From a virus (taxonomy: Duplodnaviria > Caudoviricetes), in the IMG/VR virus record IMGVR_UViG_3300020043_002368, positions 1 through 30,400 of that record: 30,400 bases of DNA, one strand, 5' to 3'. The position numbers were made by a program, and so were the translations under genes. Position 1 is the first letter of the stretch. Each line of letters starts with the position of its first letter. Below the pieces are notes generated by a model that searched no databases, had not been told where the DNA came from, and was given only the letters and a program-made list of their open reading frames with translations. Of the stretch, positions 26,822-30,400 are shown one piece after another.

Positions 26822-26959
26822 AACAGAAGGATGGGACACTAACACCCGTTGGTATTCTACATTTTATTATTTTATTTGGTATTTATTTTTTAATTCCCCA
26901 TCCTTCTAATTTCATATCTAAAAGTCCCCAGTTTCTCATAACTTCTGGGGACTTTTTTT
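26822..26959 (+). ncRNA. Candidate small structured RNA
   Basis: 11-bp inverted repeat 26825-26835/26897-26907 enclosing a U-rich loop, followed by a terminator; no ORF. Confidence 0.4.
26920..26959 (+). terminator. Intrinsic terminator
   Basis: AAAAGTCCCCAG / CTGGGGACTTTT ending in a T7 run. Confidence 0.85.
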
Positions 26960-26973
26960 GTGGGTTAAACTAT

Positions 26974-26987
26974 AATATATAGAGTAT
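26974..26987 (+). promoter_or_regulatory. RATAWATASAGTAT motif (copy 2)
   Basis: AATATATAGAGTAT runs into ATG 26986. Confidence 0.45.
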
Positions 26988-27174
26988 GAAAATTCGGGCA
27001 AATTTCAAAAACGAAAACAACGGCAACTGCAAGCTCAGCGACTTCGAGGTGAGATGCATTAGGTTTCTGTATGCAAAGGGAGGCTACACCCACCAGTATC
27101 TGGCGGAAGAAGCAGGAGTTTCTAAAACCCACATCGGACGTATTCTTAGATGGGAAACCCGTGTTGCAATTTAA
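26986..27174 (+). CDS. Stand-alone HTH protein resembling the C-terminal DNA-binding domain of phage HNH endonucleases
   Basis: ENNGNCKLS..EV..IR...Q..LA...GVS...I.RI pattern. Confidence 0.7.
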   Translation: MKIRANFKNENNGNCKLSDFEVRCIRFLYAKGGYTHQYLAEEAGVSKTHIGRILRWETRVAI

Positions 27175-27394
27175 TAAAAAATTATACACACGAACAGGGG
27201 TCTACGGTAAATGGCTTCTGTATTGGGCGGACATAGAGGATGGAAAACTTTGTGTGTGTCTCTGGAACGAAGATTTAGATCTATATGACTGCTACAATCT
27301 TGGAGGAATTCGACCCGGTTTTGCCGCTATAGACTACGAAATAACTAAACGACTTAAAATTAAAGAATTTCATTTTGATTCAATTTACGCCTAA
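27161..27394 (+). CDS. Small hypothetical protein (paralog of 152..361)
   Basis: Likely GTG/TTG start at 27161/27164 rather than 27071; G..G.W.L....I.D.G.L...E...N.G pattern. Confidence 0.6.
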   Translation: MLQFNKKLYTRTGVYGKWLLYWADIEDGKLCVCLWNEDLDLYDCYNLGGIRPGFAAIDYEITKRLKIKEFHFDSIYA

Positions 27395-28073
27395 ACATTT
27401 ATTCGAGTGCAAATTTCCTATGTTGGAGGACCACGAAGAAGAGGTATTCTTCCAACATCCAACGGAAAACATAAAATGCAACCAGATTGGTATTCTGTAT
27501 TTCGACGAAGGTGTCTACACATTCTACGAGAAAGCAGGATTTTCTGTTGTTCGTAAAATAGAAACAGCAACAACCCCCCGAATAACTTTAGGCACCAAAC
27601 AAAGGGTTATCTGGGAGTGCTACACGGGGAGAATAGTTGCAAGTCCCCATTTTCTTTACGCCAACGGAAACCCATTAGATCTGCGGTTCGACAACATGAA
27701 AGTCGTAACGGATCTTCCCCGCAAGGAATGGGCAGTTTACCAGGAAACAAGAAGAAAATTTATTAAAGCATCCGTTGATCATCTGATGAAGTTAGAAGTC
27801 CGTATGGAGAAGATGGGGATGAGCAAAGATGAACTTTATGCCTTTCTCTTATTGCCTAACTGGCTAATGGCTGCACGTCAAAAATTAGATGGCCCCGTAA
27901 AAAAGTATACCAGATTGGACGGAACCCGTATCAGGACAACACCAGAACAAGCAGATGAAGTTGAGAGAATGTATAAAGAGGGAATGACCATGTATGCAAT
28001 CATCAAAGTCATGGGTTGGACCACAAACCAACGGGTAAAAAAAGTTGTCAAGGATCGCGGCCTCTCTCGATAG
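27375..28073 (+). CDS. Degenerate HNH-like protein with C-terminal HTH
   Basis: RVIWECY.G...FLYANGNPLDLRFDNM resembles an HNH motif lacking the His; HTH-like C-terminus. Start uncertain. Confidence 0.55.
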   Translation: MIQFTPKHLFECKFPMLEDHEEEVFFQHPTENIKCNQIGILYFDEGVYTFYEKAGFSVVRKIETATTPRITLGTKQRVIWECYTGRIVASPHFLYANGNPLDLRFDNMKVVTDLPRKEWAVYQETRRKFIKASVDHLMKLEVRMEKMGMSKDELYAFLLLPNWLMAARQKLDGPVKKYTRLDGTRIRTTPEQADEVERMYKEGMTMYAIIKVMGWTTNQRVKKVVKDRGLSR

Positions 28074-28087
28074 AGACCGTATCTTTG
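28074..28087 (+). promoter_or_regulatory. AGACCGTATCTTTG: Bacteroidota -7 promoter element (TAnnTTTG) and partial copy of the 47-bp repeat
   Basis: TATCTTTG at 28080-28087 matches the consensus; AGACCGTATCTT is shared with the repeats. Confidence 0.6.
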
Positions 28088-28090
28088 AAT

Positions 28091-28396
28091 ATGGAACAAA
28101 CCACATTCAAAGTTGGAGATTTACTTATCTGGACAGAAGAAGCCTGGGCTAAGCACATCGATCGTAAAAATAACACAGCAAAAGGATTTGTTTATTCTAT
28201 GCCTCCTGCTGGCTTCTTCAAGATTGTCGATATAGACGAAGAAGGTCTAACTTACTATGTGCAGTCTTTGGAAAATCCAAGATGGGAAAAGTCTTTAGAC
28301 CAACTAAATCTTATCTATAATTTTCAGTTAGCTTCTGAAAAATATCAAGAAGATTCAGAACTTATTTCTGCTTTGGATTTGATAGGTGCACTCTAA
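28091..28396 (+). CDS. Hypothetical accessory protein (FKVGD N-terminus, possibly SH3-like)
   Basis: ATG 28091 preferred over 28016; its stop is the first codon of repeat 1. Confidence 0.7.
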   Translation: MEQTTFKVGDLLIWTEEAWAKHIDRKNNTAKGFVYSMPPAGFFKIVDIDEEGLTYYVQSLENPRWEKSLDQLNLIYNFQLASEKYQEDSELISALDLIGAL

Positions 28397-28440
28397 GACC
28401 GTATCTTCTCTCACAACCAATAAACAAAAAGCTATGACAA
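28394..28440 (+). repeat. 47-bp intergenic direct repeat, copy 1
   Basis: TAAGACCGTATCTTCTCTCACAACCAATAAACAAAAAGCTATGACAA. Confidence 0.95.
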
Positions 28441-28649
28441 CCAAAACAAAAAGACAACACTGGATGGAAACTTCATCTTCAGAATGGACCCCAGCAACAA
28501 TGAAATCTTTTATCATTGCACAGAACGGATATTCTTACGACGGGGAACCAGCCATGACTCACAGCTGCATTTCTCTTTTCCGCTTTGCAGATTTGCCTCA
28601 AGAAAAATTTGAAACTTTTTCAAAAGTTTACGCCAAAATTTACAAGTAA
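28434..28649 (+). CDS. Hypothetical accessory protein (71 aa)
   Basis: ATG inside repeat 1, stop inside repeat 2. Confidence 0.7.
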   Translation: MTTKTKRQHWMETSSSEWTPATMKSFIIAQNGYSYDGEPAMTHSCISLFRFADLPQEKFETFSKVYAKIYK

Positions 28650-28693
28650 GACCGTATCTTCTCTCACAACCAATAAACAAAAAGTTATGACAA
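28647..28693 (+). repeat. 47-bp intergenic direct repeat, copy 2
   Basis: One mismatch to copy 1 (GTT vs GCT before the ATG). Confidence 0.95.
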
Positions 28694-29106
28694 CTACACC
28701 AAATTACAACGAAACCCTAATCAACTACTGCTTATCATTCTACGGTCCATCAGCTGGCTTGTATGAACACAACTTCAAAAACGAAGATGGAACCTTTGGA
28801 TGTTCAAAAGAAGAAATTCTCAAAGCAATCCAGGAATTACAAAAAATCGAAGACTTCGAATTCTTCGGAGGTTCTGGCGACAGAGAAATCGTTAGAGATG
28901 TTATGTTGTTCCGCAGAGGTTGGGACTTACTAAACTTAGAGAAAGGTCAATACATCGAAAAGAATTTGTTAGGCAAACCACTTTCAAGAGAGCGCATCAA
29001 GCAATACTGGGCTAAAGATGTTGAAGGTTTCGGTATTAAAATCACTGCTAAGATTAGAAAATCTTGGGAGAAAAGATTGGACGAATTAGAAATCTTCGAC
29101 AACTAA
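28687..29106 (+). CDS. Hypothetical accessory protein (139 aa)
   Basis: ATG inside repeat 2, stop inside repeat 3; contains YCLSFYG and FFGGSGDREIVRD. Confidence 0.75.
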   Translation: MTTTPNYNETLINYCLSFYGPSAGLYEHNFKNEDGTFGCSKEEILKAIQELQKIEDFEFFGGSGDREIVRDVMLFRRGWDLLNLEKGQYIEKNLLGKPLSRERIKQYWAKDVEGFGIKITAKIRKSWEKRLDELEIFDN

Positions 29107-29150
29107 GACCGTATATTCTGACACAACCAATAAACAAAAAGCTATGACAA
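29104..29150 (+). repeat. 47-bp intergenic direct repeat, copy 3
   Basis: Three mismatches to copy 1 (TATATTCTGACA). Confidence 0.95.
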
Positions 29151-29491
29151 ACAAAACATTATTCGGAAAACTCCACAAAGCAGGATTTTACTACAAAGGC
29201 CAAGGCTATGTAATCTCTAACGAAAATTTTGAAATCGAAGGTTTATTAGAAGTCTTCGAAAACGGAACCCAGTCTTACATCGACGACATCAAAGAAAACG
29301 GTGTAAAAGTTTACCTTGAGCAACTGGACCAGATCAAAAAACACATCGACAAAAAAGGCGTCTTCGGCAAAGACATGGACATCGTTTGGATGATGAACAT
29401 TTACATCTTGACTAAGTTGGGTCATATCACCAACGACGACAACAACGGAACCCAGTTTATCTACTTCAACGGAACTGATAAAATTTTCTGA
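29144..29491 (+). CDS. Hypothetical accessory protein (115 aa)
   Basis: ATG inside repeat 3. Confidence 0.75.
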   Translation: MTNKTLFGKLHKAGFYYKGQGYVISNENFEIEGLLEVFENGTQSYIDDIKENGVKVYLEQLDQIKKHIDKKGVFGKDMDIVWMMNIYILTKLGHITNDDNNGTQFIYFNGTDKIF

Positions 29492-29501
29492 AACCAAAAC
29501 G

Positions 29502-29515
29502 GATAAATAGAGTAT
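29502..29515 (+). promoter_or_regulatory. RATAWATASAGTAT motif (copy 3)
   Basis: GATAAATAGAGTAT directly upstream of the structured leader. Confidence 0.45.
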
Positions 29516-29519
29516 AACT

Positions 29520-29614
29520 AATAACAAAGTTATTCTGGTGGGACGGAATACAAAGACATTGAAAAGCCAAGTTATTGGAGGGTCCCACACCTCTGGTAAT
29601 TTTGGCTTTTTTTT
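29520..29614 (+). promoter_or_regulatory. Structured leader/attenuator: two hairpins with complementary loops, the second a terminator
   Basis: Loop GTGGGAC 29538-29544 complements loop GTCCCAC 29582-29588; long stem 29562-29610 ending in a T8 run. Confidence 0.6.
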
Positions 29615-29643
29615 ATCGGCAAACAAAAATAATAAAGTATAAA

Positions 29644-30153
29644 ATGAAAAAACCAACATTTACCATCAACGACACCAACGACAAATCTTCATTAAATAAT
29701 TTTGTCGATTGGGAAAAAACAGAAACCAGTCTAAAGCTAACCCCGCCTAAAAAAAGACTTACCCTCAACAAAGACGAAATTACCTTCTACAGCAATCTGG
29801 ACCATCAAGACCAATCCAACTGGTGGGTTCCTCTTCATGGAGCAGAAAGGGAATTCGTCTACGACGAAGGAAGGGATGCAGCCTATGAATGGATGAAACT
29901 CTTAGCCAAGGAAAGACAGTCCAAAAAGATCCACTGGTTCAGAGCTTATTCTCTAAAGCACGATGTGGAGCATTGGAAAGTTGGAAATCCAAACCGTCGC
30001 TACGTTAGCAAAGACATGGCCATCTCAGCTGCACTGCTGGTCGGTCTACCCATTACCATCAACACCAGATTCAAATTCAATCATGAAATAGGTCTCTACA
30101 TGACAGAACGCCAATACGAAAAATTTAGAGAACAACACAATGTCAAAGCCTAA
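29644..30153 (+). CDS. Hypothetical protein with Y.LKH..E...YVS....I.AAL..G motif
   Basis: A-rich start at ATG 29644; the 29575 start lies inside the terminator. Confidence 0.7.
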   Translation: MKKPTFTINDTNDKSSLNNFVDWEKTETSLKLTPPKKRLTLNKDEITFYSNLDHQDQSNWWVPLHGAEREFVYDEGRDAAYEWMKLLAKERQSKKIHWFRAYSLKHDVEHWKVGNPNRRYVSKDMAISAALLVGLPITINTRFKFNHEIGLYMTERQYEKFREQHNVKA

Positions 30154-30400
30154 AGTTCAACCATTTGCTCAGGTTCCTTTAGAAGTTCTCTACAATACAG
30201 AACTGTCCACCGCTGCAAGAACACTCTATGCAATCATTCTCTCCAAGGTAAACAAAGAGGGCTACTGCTATGCAACCAATGAAACACTTGCTAACTGGCT
30301 GGGAACGACTGAAAGAACCGTCGGAAGAAATCTGAAAGAACTGAAGGATGCTGAACTTGTGAAGACGTTCTACACTGGTCTTTCCAGAAAGATCTACCCA
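30140..30400 (+). CDS. Winged-helix replication-initiator-like protein, truncated by the window end (not in track)
   Basis: MSKPKVQPFAQVPLEVLYNTELSTAARTLYAII...GYCYATNETLANWLGTTERTVGRNLKELKDAELV; open to 30400. Confidence 0.75.
   Translation, partial: MSKPKVQPFAQVPLEVLYNTELSTAARTLYAIILSKVNKEGYCYATNETLANWLGTTERTVGRNLKELKDAELVKTFYTGLSRKIYP

Noticed and set aside
28394-29150. 47-bp direct repeats as a CRISPR array
   Set aside because: Periods are 253 and 457 bp, the intervening sequences are whole genes, and there are no cas genes.
28394-29150. Integron attC cassettes
   Set aside because: The repeats are not palindromic, lack GTTRRRY/RYYYAAC ends, and no integrase is present.
28016-29643. Upstream start extensions in the track (28016, 28386, 28585, 29575)
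   Set aside because: They read through repeats or the terminator; the shared SKTVSSLTTNKQK peptide is just the translated repeat.
1148-29659. Minus-strand ORFs in the track
   Set aside because: All overlap better-supported plus-strand genes and show no recognisable motifs.
1-30400. tRNA/rRNA genes or stop-codon reassignment
   Set aside because: No cloverleaf seen in the few intergenic gaps; genes are intact under the standard code and TAA, TGA and TAG all end genes.

Overview
All credible genes lie on the + strand and are tightly packed. The window looks like a large part of a small tailed dsDNA phage (siphovirus-like), probably infecting Bacteroidota. The host call rests on A-rich translation starts without clear Shine-Dalgarno motifs, a TAnnTTTG-type promoter and the structural protein motifs. 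Gene order: small early genes, a winged-helix protein, an ECF-like sigma factor, TerS, three DNA methyltransferases, PBSX-type TerL, tail completion/neck, tail assembly chaperone, two tail-tip proteins, tape measure, XkdF-like prohead protease, scaffold, major capsid, tail tube, two paralogous virion proteins, a Gly-Ser/Thr collagen-like fibre, a BspA-like LRR protein, portal, head-tail adaptor, an accessory region, and a replication-initiator-like gene cut by the window end. Most notable: (1) an array of accessory genes joined by a 47-bp stop-to-start repeat; (2) a fixed-spacing YGBCA-N14-YATACTTA motif before five structural genes, probably the phage sigma promoter, mostly implying leaderless mRNAs; (3) a T9 slippery site after which two frames stay open for about 95 codons; (4) a kissing-loop/terminator leader before the replication operon and a candidate small RNA; (5) a protease carrying inserted domains bounded by recurring E/K-F/M-A/S motifs; (6) a GAT/xTG peptide motif recurring across virion proteins. 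All product calls come from motif recognition by eye; no database searches were run.
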